64,000 nt of DNA. Source: Syntrophales bacterium. GTDB lineage: Bacteria > Desulfobacterota > Syntrophia > Syntrophales > Fen-1087. Shown here one piece after another: positions 18,142 to 27,061 of this stretch. The notes beneath the pieces were generated by a model that had not been told where the DNA came from, made no database searches, and saw nothing but the letters and a program-made list of their open reading frames with translations. Location of the stretch: positions 10,878 to 74,877 of the forward strand of contig JAXDBM010000049.1 of assembly GCA_034678725.1 (NCBI GenBank), given 5' to 3'. How positions within the stretch are numbered: position 1 is the stretch's first letter; every line of letters starts with the position of its first letter. Both the position numbers and the translations under genes were made by a program.

Positions 18142-18252
18142 ATGATAGACTTGAAAGAGTTGCTCTTCCTGTTGGTTTTCATTGCCGTGATCGGAATGCC
18201 GATTATTTTTGGTATCTGGAAGAAAAAAGAGAAAAGCAAGCGCGACAAATGA
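18142..18252 (+). CDS. Candidate small membrane peptide (36 aa, one TM plus a basic tail)
   Basis: ATG 18142 preceded by AGGATTAGGGA. Sequence: MIDLKELLFLLVFIAVIGMPIIFGIWKKKEKSKRDK. Confidence 0.4.
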   Translation: MIDLKELLFLLVFIAVIGMPIIFGIWKKKEKSKRDK

Positions 18253-18314
18253 AATCTTCCGCGGGAATGGGACTTGTTTCCCAACCCTGAACCGACCGGT
18301 TTTCGGGAGGGAGA

Positions 18315-19085
18315 TCAAAGCGCTTCGAGGATTTCATCCAGCAGTCGGGCGATCTTTTTCTGGTCCGACAGGAAGAAGGCGGCCTGACCGGACAGCCCAT
18401 CCCCCACCCGAATGCCGAGGATGCGGTCGTTTCGCATGCGGAACACGTCTTCATCCGTTTCGTCGTCGCCAACGAAAACGGCGCGGTCTGAACCCGCAAG
18501 CGCCATGATTCGCAGGAGCGCCTCCCCCTTGTGCAGGGCATCCGCCGGCAGGATGTTTTCAACGCATTTGCCGGGAACCTCTCTGGGGCGGGGCGTGATC
18601 TGCTGCACGGCCTGAAGGATCTCACGGCGTGCCGCACTCCGTCGGGGCGCCTTTCGATAATGGGCGGACAGGGAAACCCCCTTGTTTTCGATAACGATGC
18701 CGCTGCGGGGCGAGCCCGGCAGAAGCACCCGGAGCTGATCTTCCCAGTTTCGGCAGAGGCCGGCGTATACGCGCTCGCGCTCCTCCTGCCCGGGAATGCC
18801 CTCCGCGCCGTGGTTGCCGACAATGAAGCGGGGATCGAAGCCGAGGCGGGAACGGGCGTCCTCGCGGGCACGACCCGTGAGGATGGCCACATCCGCCAGG
18901 CTGCACAGGCGGACCATCCTTTCACGCACGTCGACTGAGATTCGGGTGCCGGAGGGATCGTCGATGATCGGCGTCAGCGTCCCGTCCAGGTCGAATGTGA
19001 AAAGCGTTGCCCGGTTGGCGAAGTTCCGGAGCGCCGACAACCCGGCCGGACTGAAAATGCAGGTCCGTCCGTCTGCGGCGGTCAT
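18315..19085 (-). CDS. otsB: Trehalose-6-phosphate phosphatase (HAD superfamily)
   Basis: HAD motif I FDLDGTLT, ILTGR, and C-terminal GDDETDEDVF. The start overlaps the otsA stop by 4 nt. Confidence 0.85.
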   Translation of the reverse strand: MTAADGRTCIFSPAGLSALRNFANRATLFTFDLDGTLTPIIDDPSGTRISVDVRERMVRLCSLADVAILTGRAREDARSRLGFDPRFIVGNHGAEGIPGQEERERVYAGLCRNWEDQLRVLLPGSPRSGIVIENKGVSLSAHYRKAPRRSAARREILQAVQQITPRPREVPGKCVENILPADALHKGEALLRIMALAGSDRAVFVGDDETDEDVFRMRNDRILGIRVGDGLSGQAAFFLSDQKKIARLLDEILEAL

Positions 19086-21334
19086 CCCGCACCCCCGATG
19101 CGCAGCGCCAGCCGCTCCCGCTGCCGGATCCGGGCGGCGTCGAGCAGCATTCGGCCGGCCCAGCGGTAGACGTTGAAATCGCGGACGAGCGCCCGCATGC
19201 TGCGCATCCGCTCCCGCTGCTCGAAATCGGGCATGGTGAGCGCCTGGTAGAGGGCTTCGGCGGTCTGTTCGATGTGGTAGGGATTGACGATAAGCGATTC
19301 ATGCAGTTCGTGAGCGGCGCCGGTGAACTGGCTGAGCACGAGCACGCCCTGCTCGTCGTCCCGGGAGGCCACGAACTCCTTCGCCACCAGGTTCATTCCG
19401 TCGTGCAGGCTGGTTACCATGCAGACGTCCGCGGCCCGGTAGAAGCGGTTGACGATCTCCGGTTCGTGGTGTTCGGCCCGAAGGCAGACGGGCCGGTAGG
19501 CGCCCCGCGCGAAACGCCCGTTGATGCGGTCTGCGAGGCTCCGGACCTGTGCCGCGAACATCTGGTAATCCTCGAGCGTGGAGCGGCTCGGGGCGGCAAT
19601 CTGAATGAAGGTGAACCGGCCGATCATTTCCGGATGCGTTTCAAGCAGGTTCTCCACGGCTCGAAAACGCTCGAGAATCCCCTTGGTGTAATCCTGGCGG
19701 TCGACGCCCAGGCCGATGAGACCGTCCTTCGGCAATCCTGTGGACTGCAGAACTTCCCGCCTGCAATCCTGCACGGACGGCTGGGTCTCCTGCCAGGGCG
19801 GCGGCCACTGAATTGAGATGGGATAGTTTTCCACCAGGGTCAGCTTGCCCTGACGGGATATCGTCGACGATTCCGGTTCGATTCGGACTTCCAGGTAGCG
19901 ATCCACGGTTTCGAGAAAATTCCTGCAATGGAACGGGGTGTGGAAGCCCATGATCGTGCTGCCGAGCATGCCCTCCAGGATCTCCTCCCGCCAGGGGCAG
20001 ATGCCGAAGGATTCGGGGTTCGGCCAGGGAATGTGCCAGAACGTGATGATCGTCGCCTTGGGCAGGGCCTTGCGGATCATTTCCGGCAGGAGCGCGAAAT
20101 GGTAGTCCTGCGCCAGCACGACCGGATTTTCGCTGTCCGCTTCCGCTGCCACGGCATCGGCAAATCGCTGGTTGATCGCCTTGTACTGCCGCCAGTCGCT
20201 GGAACGGAAGATCGGCCGCACGTGGGCGATGTGGCAGAGCGGCCAGAGCCCTTCATTGGCAAAGCCGTAGTAATAACCGTCTTCTTCCTCTTTTGTGAGC
20301 CAGATGCGCCGCAGCGTGTACTCCGGATGTTCGGGCGGGATTCCGACCCGGTCGTGCGCGTCCACGGTTTCCCGGTCCGCGCTGCCGCCGCCGTGCGCGA
20401 TCCAGGTTCCCGAGCAGGCCCGCATGACCGGTTCGACGGCAGTAACCAGTCCGCTCGCCGGTCTGGAAACCTCGATCCGTTCCCCGGTTTTGACATGGAT
20501 ATAGGGTTCGCGATTGGAAACGACGAGGATTCTTTCCCCGGCGAGCTGTTTGTGAAGAAGCCTTCGCAGAGAGTCGGGGTTCCAGACGATGGAGATGTCT
20601 TCCGTAAACCGGCGTTCCGCGTCCAGGGTCCGAAACAGGTTTCGCAGGTCTCCCGCGAGGGGCTTCAATTCGGCGGGGGCCGTCTCCACGGAAAACGGTT
20701 TCAGGATTCCTTCGCCGCGCAGCATGGCCCGGACGCCGGCCATCCATCCCCGCCAGCTCAGGTGCGCGACGAATACCGTGATCAGGGAGATGATGACCCC
20801 GAGCACCGTAAAGAAGATGATGATGTATTTGCGGGTGGCGGCGCTCCGGCGCTCGATGTAGCTCATGTCATGCAAAATCACCAGCGAACCGACCCGCACC
20901 CCCTCCCGGTCGTCGGGATTGTCGACGGCATTGTATGAGACATGAACCGGTCCCTGCGGGAGAGGATGAATGGAGGGCGGTTTCTCTTTCGCGGGGTCGG
21001 CGGAAAGGCACGGGATGGATTTCGGAAAAGTCGGGGTATGATAGAGCAGTTTTCCGCCTCCGTTGCAGTAGCCGATGGCAAACAGCCGCTCGTCCTTGAT
21101 GACATTACCAAAAAGAGCGTTGATTTTTGCCCGTTCTCCCCTCTCCAGAAAATCCATAAGAGGCTCCTGCAGGGAATTGGCGATCAGATGCGAGCGGATG
21201 TCCAGGTCCCGGACGAACCACTGCAGGGTCAGCTTGTCCACGAGGGGCACCGCCGCGTAGGCCATCAGGATCAGGGCGATCGCCAATGGAAGGATGAAGC
21301 GCAGCGTCAGGCTCAGGGAACGGAGTGATTTCAA
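19082..21334 (-). CDS. otsA: Trehalose-6-phosphate synthase (GT20) with a ~265-aa N-terminal membrane-anchored extension
   Basis: GT20 core: [32 protein letters not shown]. The N-terminus has two TM segments (aa ~12-32 and ~170-192) flanking a ~135-aa loop. Confidence 0.9.
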   Translation of the reverse strand: MKSLRSLSLTLRFILPLAIALILMAYAAVPLVDKLTLQWFVRDLDIRSHLIANSLQEPLMDFLERGERAKINALFGNVIKDERLFAIGYCNGGGKLLYHTPTFPKSIPCLSADPAKEKPPSIHPLPQGPVHVSYNAVDNPDDREGVRVGSLVILHDMSYIERRSAATRKYIIIFFTVLGVIISLITVFVAHLSWRGWMAGVRAMLRGEGILKPFSVETAPAELKPLAGDLRNLFRTLDAERRFTEDISIVWNPDSLRRLLHKQLAGERILVVSNREPYIHVKTGERIEVSRPASGLVTAVEPVMRACSGTWIAHGGGSADRETVDAHDRVGIPPEHPEYTLRRIWLTKEEEDGYYYGFANEGLWPLCHIAHVRPIFRSSDWRQYKAINQRFADAVAAEADSENPVVLAQDYHFALLPEMIRKALPKATIITFWHIPWPNPESFGICPWREEILEGMLGSTIMGFHTPFHCRNFLETVDRYLEVRIEPESSTISRQGKLTLVENYPISIQWPPPWQETQPSVQDCRREVLQSTGLPKDGLIGLGVDRQDYTKGILERFRAVENLLETHPEMIGRFTFIQIAAPSRSTLEDYQMFAAQVRSLADRINGRFARGAYRPVCLRAEHHEPEIVNRFYRAADVCMVTSLHDGMNLVAKEFVASRDDEQGVLVLSQFTGAAHELHESLIVNPYHIEQTAEALYQALTMPDFEQRERMRSMRALVRDFNVYRWAGRMLLDAARIRQRERLALRIGGAG

Positions 21335-21343
21335 AAGTCTCTC

Positions 21344-23134
21344 CTAAAATACATGATCCCACCGTTTACTCAAGCGTATGGCGGCATTGATCAGACCGAC
21401 CATGCTGTAGGTCTGGACGAAATTTCCCCACTGCTCTCCGGTGCGAACATCCAGATGCTCGGCGATGAGCCCGTGCCGGTTGTGCCGGGAAAGCAGGTTC
21501 CCGAACAGGCTACGGGCCTCTTCAGCCCGCCCCAGCGCCGCAAGGGCGTAGATGTACCAGTAAGTGCAGACAACAAAGGCGTTGACGGGCGTACCGAAAT
21601 CGTCCGGGTCCGTGTAACGGAAGATGTAGTCGCCTTTGCGCAGATCCCTTTCGATGGCGGAGACGGTGGCGGCAAAGCGGGGATCGTCCGCCGCGAGGAA
21701 CCCGACGTCATGCATCAGCAGCAGGCTGGCGTCCAGCGCCTCTCCGCCGAAGGAGGCGGCAAACGCCTTTCTCCGGCTGTTCCAGGCCTGCGCACAGATG
21801 GCGGCATGAATCCGGGCTGCCTGGTCCGCCCAGTGGCGGCGACGGTCTTCGAGACCGAGGCTGGCTGCGATGCGGGAGAGGCGGTCGCAGGCCGCCCAGC
21901 ACATGATGCTGGAAAAGGTGTGCACCCTGCGGGACCCGCGCAATTCCCAAAGCCCCGCGTCCGGCTGGTTGTGCACCTGGACGGCGGTGTCCCCCAGCGG
22001 TTCGAGGCGCTGAAACAGGGCCCGGTCCCCGCGGTGCATCAGCCGGCGGTCGAAAAAGGCGTGTGTCATGGCCAGGATGGCGGAACCGTAAACATCGTGC
22101 TGCTGCATTTTGTAGGCCTCGTTGCCCACCCGGACCGGCCCCATCCCGCGGTAACCGGAGAGGGTTCCGACCTCCCGCTCCTCCAGACGCGCACGGCCGT
22201 CAATTCCATAAACGGGCTGGATGGTTCCGTCCGTCGCTGCTGCGGCCACGTTGACCAGAAAGCCGATGTAACGCTCCATGGTGTGGGTCGTGCCCAGCCG
22301 GTTCAGGGCGTTCACCACGAAATAGGCGTCCCGCACCCAGCAGTAGCGGTAATCCCAGTTCCGCGTGGAATCGGGTGCCTCCGGAATGGACGTGGTCATG
22401 GCGGCAATGACGGCGCCGGTGTCATCGAAGGCGTTGAGCTTCAGGGTTATGGCGGCCCGAATGACCTCGTCCTGCCATTCGAAGGGAATGCCCAAGTCGC
22501 GCACCCACCCGCGCCAGAAGTCGAGCGTTTCGCACCGGAATCGGCGGGCCAGTTCCCCGATCGCCTCGGGAATCGTCTCGTCGGGGCCGAAGATGAGATT
22601 CACACGGTCTTCCAGTAGAAAGGGGATTTCCTGGAGGATGGTGGTGATGGACGCATCGGTCGTGAGCCTCAAAACCCAGTCGGGGGACACATAGCGGATG
22701 TGATGGCTCCCGCAGGTGGTGCCGCAGCATTCCCGTCCGTAATCGAAGGTCGGTCGAACGCGGATGCGGATTCTCGGGCTTCCCTGAAGGCGGCGCACCT
22801 GACGGATCAGCATCATCGGGGTGAACATCCGGCCGTACTGGCGGAAGCGGGGGGCAAAGTCGGTGATCTCGATCACGCCTCCGTGCGCGTCGGTCAGGCG
22901 CGTTGTCAGCACGGCGGAGTTGTGAAGATAGGATTGCTCGGATTCCGCCAGATCCGCCAGTTCGATGACGCAATAGCCCATTCCGTCGCCCTGGGCATGC
23001 TCCTGCAGCAATGAACAGAAGGCGGGATCGCCGTCGAACCGGGGAAGGCAGCACCAGACGATCTCGGCCGCGGAGTCGATCAGGGCGCCGATTCTGCAAT
23101 TGCCGATCAGGGCGAGGTCCAGAGAGCTGTTCAT
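21344..23134 (-). CDS. Glycoside hydrolase family 15 protein (glucoamylase/trehalase-like)
   Basis: N-terminus LIGNCRIGALIDSAAEIVWCCLPRFDGDPAFCSLL is typical of bacterial GH15 proteins. It lies 9 nt upstream of otsA on the same strand. Confidence 0.85.
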   Translation of the reverse strand: MNSSLDLALIGNCRIGALIDSAAEIVWCCLPRFDGDPAFCSLLQEHAQGDGMGYCVIELADLAESEQSYLHNSAVLTTRLTDAHGGVIEITDFAPRFRQYGRMFTPMMLIRQVRRLQGSPRIRIRVRPTFDYGRECCGTTCGSHHIRYVSPDWVLRLTTDASITTILQEIPFLLEDRVNLIFGPDETIPEAIGELARRFRCETLDFWRGWVRDLGIPFEWQDEVIRAAITLKLNAFDDTGAVIAAMTTSIPEAPDSTRNWDYRYCWVRDAYFVVNALNRLGTTHTMERYIGFLVNVAAAATDGTIQPVYGIDGRARLEEREVGTLSGYRGMGPVRVGNEAYKMQQHDVYGSAILAMTHAFFDRRLMHRGDRALFQRLEPLGDTAVQVHNQPDAGLWELRGSRRVHTFSSIMCWAACDRLSRIAASLGLEDRRRHWADQAARIHAAICAQAWNSRRKAFAASFGGEALDASLLLMHDVGFLAADDPRFAATVSAIERDLRKGDYIFRYTDPDDFGTPVNAFVVCTYWYIYALAALGRAEEARSLFGNLLSRHNRHGLIAEHLDVRTGEQWGNFVQTYSMVGLINAAIRLSKRWDHVF

Positions 23135-23371
23135 TTTTCACTTCCTTGCTTCATGGATTGCAAAGCTCACGGGCAGTCTTTTCTTATTCCATGTTGATCG
23201 TGACTCCCGCTGTGTGCGTAACCGAAATAATTATATCAGAAGGACTTAAGGATGGCCAGTCGGCCTTGAATGATCAATTGCCGGGGATGGTTCCGGGAAG
23301 ATATGCATATGCTGTAATGGAACCACCCCTCGTTTCTCGATTCGGTTTCCTCTTTCGTCTTACGATGCGTC

Positions 23372-23605
23372 TCATGTCTCGAACACACCCGGCCTGATCA
23401 GCAGTACCGGCACATGGGCATCGTGAAGTACCTTCAACGCCACACTTCCAAACATGACGCGCTTTACCCCTTTGTATCCGTGCGTGGCGATTACGATCAG
23501 GTCGACATGGTTTTCTTTTGCATAATCAATGATTGTGTGAGCTGTTTCGCCTTCCAGAACCTCTGCATTGACTTTCATCCCCTCCGAACGCAACCGGGAT
23601 TGCAT
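23372..23605 (-). pseudogene. Universal stress protein remnant (C-terminal half only, 77 codons)
   Basis: DLIVIATHGYKGVKRVMFGSVALKVLHDAHVPVLLIRP is the USP C-terminal ATP-binding half. The in-frame upstream sequence hits TAA 6 codons above the ATG, next to an A7 run. No N-terminal half is present in any frame. Confidence 0.6.
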
Positions 23606-23658
23606 CGCTGTAAGATACTTTTTTTATGCCGCCGAAACACCCCCTTTCTCGTGGTCGA

Positions 23659-24294
23659 TTAGAAGTTCCTTTTTTGTACGACAACTTCGCTTCCATTCAA
23701 CGTCTTTCTATGGGACGTTCTTTCCTCTTTGCCCGGCAAGTTCAGCTCCGGTGAGAGGACCAGCCGTGGCGGAAGCTCCTGTGCCCCGAGAATATTGACC
23801 AGCAGATCAAGGCCAGCCACTATTTCCTTCAGTTTCATGAGAGTAAGATCCTCCAGCCCGGAAACCAATAAATCCTGGTGGACCTGTGGCGCTTTTGTCA
23901 CTAACGCATTGCCTTCATCGGTCAGCTCCACATGAACAACCCTTCGGTCGCCGGCGGTTCGTACCCGCTTGATCAGTCCCTGCAATTCGAGGCGATTGAG
24001 TATGCCCACGACGGTTGCGGGATGAAGATACATGCGAAGCGCAAGATCCGAAACCCTTACCGAAGAGGATGCCGCAATGGTCTTGATTGCCCACAGCTGT
24101 GGTCCCGTAAGCCCCGTTTTTCGTTTTGCCCTTTTGGACTGTTCGTTGATGACCTGGAAAATGCGTCTAATGTTATCGATGATATCGGATACTAAAGCTG
24201 ATTTTCTTGCCATATTCCCAACTTTCACCCCGATCCGGTACGGGTGGTAAAATTCATCATGCATCCGCACCATCGTTTTCAGTGCACGGGTCAA
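23659..24294 (-). CDS. MarR-family transcriptional regulator
   Basis: Winged-helix region LTGPQLWAIKTIAASSSVRVSDLALRMYLHPATVVGILNRLELQGLIKRVRTAGDRRVVHVELTDEG. The start is ambiguous (24294, or ATG 24213 giving MARKSALV...). Confidence 0.8.
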   Translation of the reverse strand: MTRALKTMVRMHDEFYHPYRIGVKVGNMARKSALVSDIIDNIRRIFQVINEQSKRAKRKTGLTGPQLWAIKTIAASSSVRVSDLALRMYLHPATVVGILNRLELQGLIKRVRTAGDRRVVHVELTDEGNALVTKAPQVHQDLLVSGLEDLTLMKLKEIVAGLDLLVNILGAQELPPRLVLSPELNLPGKEERTSHRKTLNGSEVVVQKRNF

Positions 24295-24351
24295 ATTGTC
24301 TTTTCACTTTGCTTCTCATCCCGACGGATTCATGTCGATCGTCTCTTTTTC

Positions 24352-24365
24352 ATTAGTATACTAAT
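24352..24365. promoter_or_regulatory. Perfect 14-bp palindrome, candidate MarR operator
   Basis: ATTAGTATACTAAT lies in the divergent marR/24601 intergenic region, 18 nt upstream of a TTGACA (24383..24388). Confidence 0.4.
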
Positions 24366-24600
24366 CATTTCTGTAGAAATCAATTGACAAATTACAGCGA
24401 TTTCGAATATTCTACACATGCTGCGTGATGATGTGGACCGCTGCAGATGAAATGTGAAACAATATTCAGCCTGCTGCGACCCGCTCATGAAATGCGTCAT
24501 TTCAATCCGCCTGCACACAATCTAATCATTGCAATGACAGTGAATTGCGCGAAAAGAATGAAAACAAGGGCTATTTTTCGATAAGATGAAGGAGGAAATC

Positions 24601-25296
24601 ATGAAGACCAACATTTTTGTCAGTGCTCTGGTGACGGCCGTTCTCATTGCCATTGCCGGAATCGGCGCCTATTTCATTTTGCCGAGACTGATCCAGGAAA
24701 ACACTTCTGATCTGAATTTACAGATAAAACAGGCAAATGAGCGTCTGCAGAAAATAGAGGGATCTATCGCTGTCTCGGAACAGGCGAGCAAGGAAGGCCA
24801 GTTGAAAATCGGTGCAGATGCCCAAACGATTGTCAATATGGTGAACCGGCAAATTTCGCGCATCGACGCCTTGAGCGTCCAGACCAAGGGAGACATAAAG
24901 CGAATCGACGATGAGATGACCCGACAGAAAAACCGAATCGAGAAAGGCCTCAAGGAACAGGAAGAAACTGCCAAGAAAATCGACGATGCGACGAAGTCTC
25001 TCGCTCAGACCGCTCAGTTTCGAGGACTATTGGCGAATATCAAAAGGCAGATTCTGAAAGTTCGTCTGGAAATCAGCGACAAGAATATCGGCAACGCCAA
25101 GAATGAATTGAATCTGATCGACGCGCGGTTCGGCCAGGCATCGGCCCTGACTTCCGCTCAGGAAAAAACAACCTTGAAAGAATTGCATCAAATGCTGCAG
25201 AAGGTCAGGGCCGATCTGGATACGAATCTCGCCTCGGCAGCCAATCGTCTGGATCTCTTGTGGCACGAATTGGAGAAAGTGCCGGAGCAGCCGTAA
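24601..25296 (+). CDS. Hypothetical membrane-anchored coiled-coil protein
   Basis: ATG 24601 preceded by GGAGG (24591..24595). N-terminal TM segment (IFVSALVTAVLIAIAGIGAYFIL), then a long Q/K/E-rich heptad-like sequence. AT-richer than its surroundings. Confidence 0.6.
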   Translation: MKTNIFVSALVTAVLIAIAGIGAYFILPRLIQENTSDLNLQIKQANERLQKIEGSIAVSEQASKEGQLKIGADAQTIVNMVNRQISRIDALSVQTKGDIKRIDDEMTRQKNRIEKGLKEQEETAKKIDDATKSLAQTAQFRGLLANIKRQILKVRLEISDKNIGNAKNELNLIDARFGQASALTSAQEKTTLKELHQMLQKVRADLDTNLASAANRLDLLWHELEKVPEQP

Positions 25297-26486
25297 TGGA
25301 TGTTCCGCTTCTGTTTTTCATCGCCGGGGGCATCATCCTCGTCGGTTTCCTGGGCGATTATGTTTACGAGAAGATCAAGATTCCTGACGTGCTGGTTCTG
25401 CTCGGAATCGGCATTCTTCTCGGGCCTGTTTTCGGGATGGTCGATCACCAGCGGCTTGCCGAGTTCGCCGAGTATTTCGGGACCTTCGCCCTCATCGTCA
25501 TCCTGTTTGAAGGGGGCATGGACGTCAAAATCAGCATGCTGCTGCGGGAACTCGGAAACGCCACGATTCTCGCGACCCTTTCTTTTGCGTCCACGACGGG
25601 GGCCATCACGGCTTTTCTCTTTTACGTCCAAGGGTGGCAATTCTTCCCAAGCATCATGATGGCCAGCGTTCTGGGCTGCACCAGCGCGGCCATCGTCCTC
25701 CCTATCGTCGCGAAAATGTCCGTCAAGGACGAAACCCGAACCGTCGTCGGCGTCGAATCGGCGGTGAGCGATGTTCTGGCCGTGGTTCTGGTGATTTCCC
25801 TGATTGAATTCACCAAACTCGAAAGCATCGGAATCGAGAAGCCGCTGCGGGCGATCGCCAGCTCATTTTCCGTTGCCATCGTTGCGGGGACGGTTTTCGG
25901 GTTTTTCTGGTTCAAGGTGTTGAATGTCCTGGAAGAACGAAAATATTCCTACATGGTCACGCTGGGCGCCATGCTGATTGTTGTCGCGGCGGTCGATTAT
26001 CTGGGCGGAAGCGGTCCCATCGCGGTTCTCATCTTCGGGATCATTCTCGGCAACTGCGGCGACATCCCCTTTATTCGGGGTTCCGGCCGGTGCGGCCTGA
26101 TCGACGAGACGATCAAGTTCTTTCACGGCGAGGTCACCTTTTTCATTCGAACCTTCTTCTTTGTTTATCTGGGAATGATGATCACCTCCGCGGTCCTGTC
26201 GCCTCGGCACATTGCCGTCAGCCTTGCCTTGCTGTGCATTATCGTTCTCATGCGGTACCTGAGCGTCGAGTTCATGGTGAGAAGTTCCGGAAAAGGAAGG
26301 GAGGAGAAGAGCGCCTTTTTCTACATGCTTCCCCGCGGTCTGGCGACGGCTGTCCTGGCTTCGCTCCCGGTGGCCGCAGGCGTGGAAGGTTCCGAGAATT
26401 TTATCGTCTACGCCGTCAGTGTCATCATTTTAACGAATGTCATCATGACGTTCGGTGTGCTGAACATGGAAAGGAACAATACATGA
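25296..26486 (+). CDS. Cation:proton antiporter (CPA1/CPA2, Na+/H+ exchanger family)
   Basis: ATG 25296 overlaps the upstream stop (TAATG). Polytopic protein, MDVPLLFFIAGGIILVGFLGDYVYEKIKIPDVLVLLGIGILLGP, typical of a Na_H_exchanger N-terminus. Confidence 0.85.
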   Translation: MDVPLLFFIAGGIILVGFLGDYVYEKIKIPDVLVLLGIGILLGPVFGMVDHQRLAEFAEYFGTFALIVILFEGGMDVKISMLLRELGNATILATLSFASTTGAITAFLFYVQGWQFFPSIMMASVLGCTSAAIVLPIVAKMSVKDETRTVVGVESAVSDVLAVVLVISLIEFTKLESIGIEKPLRAIASSFSVAIVAGTVFGFFWFKVLNVLEERKYSYMVTLGAMLIVVAAVDYLGGSGPIAVLIFGIILGNCGDIPFIRGSGRCGLIDETIKFFHGEVTFFIRTFFFVYLGMMITSAVLSPRHIAVSLALLCIIVLMRYLSVEFMVRSSGKGREEKSAFFYMLPRGLATAVLASLPVAAGVEGSENFIVYAVSVIILTNVIMTFGVLNMERNNT

Positions 26487-26926
26487 AGCGGGACCACTTG
26501 ATCATTGCAAGTATAATCATTTCTTTCATATTCCTGGTCGTCTTCAATTTAGGAGGACACGGAAAATCAGCTTCCGCAAATGAAAGGGTTCCTTATCTGA
26601 TCGGCAAATGGAAAGGAGTATGTTCATTAAGTGTTAACACGAATGGCTTCGTTCCGATTAAAGCATCTTTGGTTCTTCATGTATTTGAGCAGATGGACAG
26701 AGACTTTATCGGATATATTGAAGGCTGGACGGATGGCATCCCATATCGAATGGAACTGTCGGGCGCAGTTGACACGCGGGATAGAAACATATTTGCAATC
26801 GATAAGAGCGGAATGATTTACAGCGGATATTTTGTAACCAGTTATCGAATGATCCTGTATGGCTTTGAAAATAAGGCTGAACCCAGAATCATTCAATACA
26901 AACTAAAAAAAATATCCGATCTATGA
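26483..26926 (+). CDS. Hypothetical exported or membrane-anchored protein (147 aa)
   Basis: ATG 26483 overlaps the antiporter stop (ATGA). N-terminal hydrophobic segment (LIIASIIISFIFLVVF). AT-rich codon usage. Confidence 0.55.
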   Translation: MKRDHLIIASIIISFIFLVVFNLGGHGKSASANERVPYLIGKWKGVCSLSVNTNGFVPIKASLVLHVFEQMDRDFIGYIEGWTDGIPYRMELSGAVDTRDRNIFAIDKSGMIYSGYFVTSYRMILYGFENKAEPRIIQYKLKKISDL

Positions 26927-27061
26927 AGGCAATGGCACGAAAACATTATCGGTGATGGCGAATGTGTTGACTCGAACGGTTATGATATGAAAAATTAAAT
27001 AATTAGGTCTTGGGCAGGGTTTTTGTCATAAGGTTAAAAAGCGAGCTGTCACCTCCGACTT

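Noticed and set aside
23606-23800. Rescue of a full-length USP by a frameshift at the A7 run, or by overlap with the MarR tail.
   Set aside because: All three minus-strand frames were translated by hand. Each hits a stop within about 30 codons, and none shows the USP N-terminal (…ILVAVDGS…) pattern.
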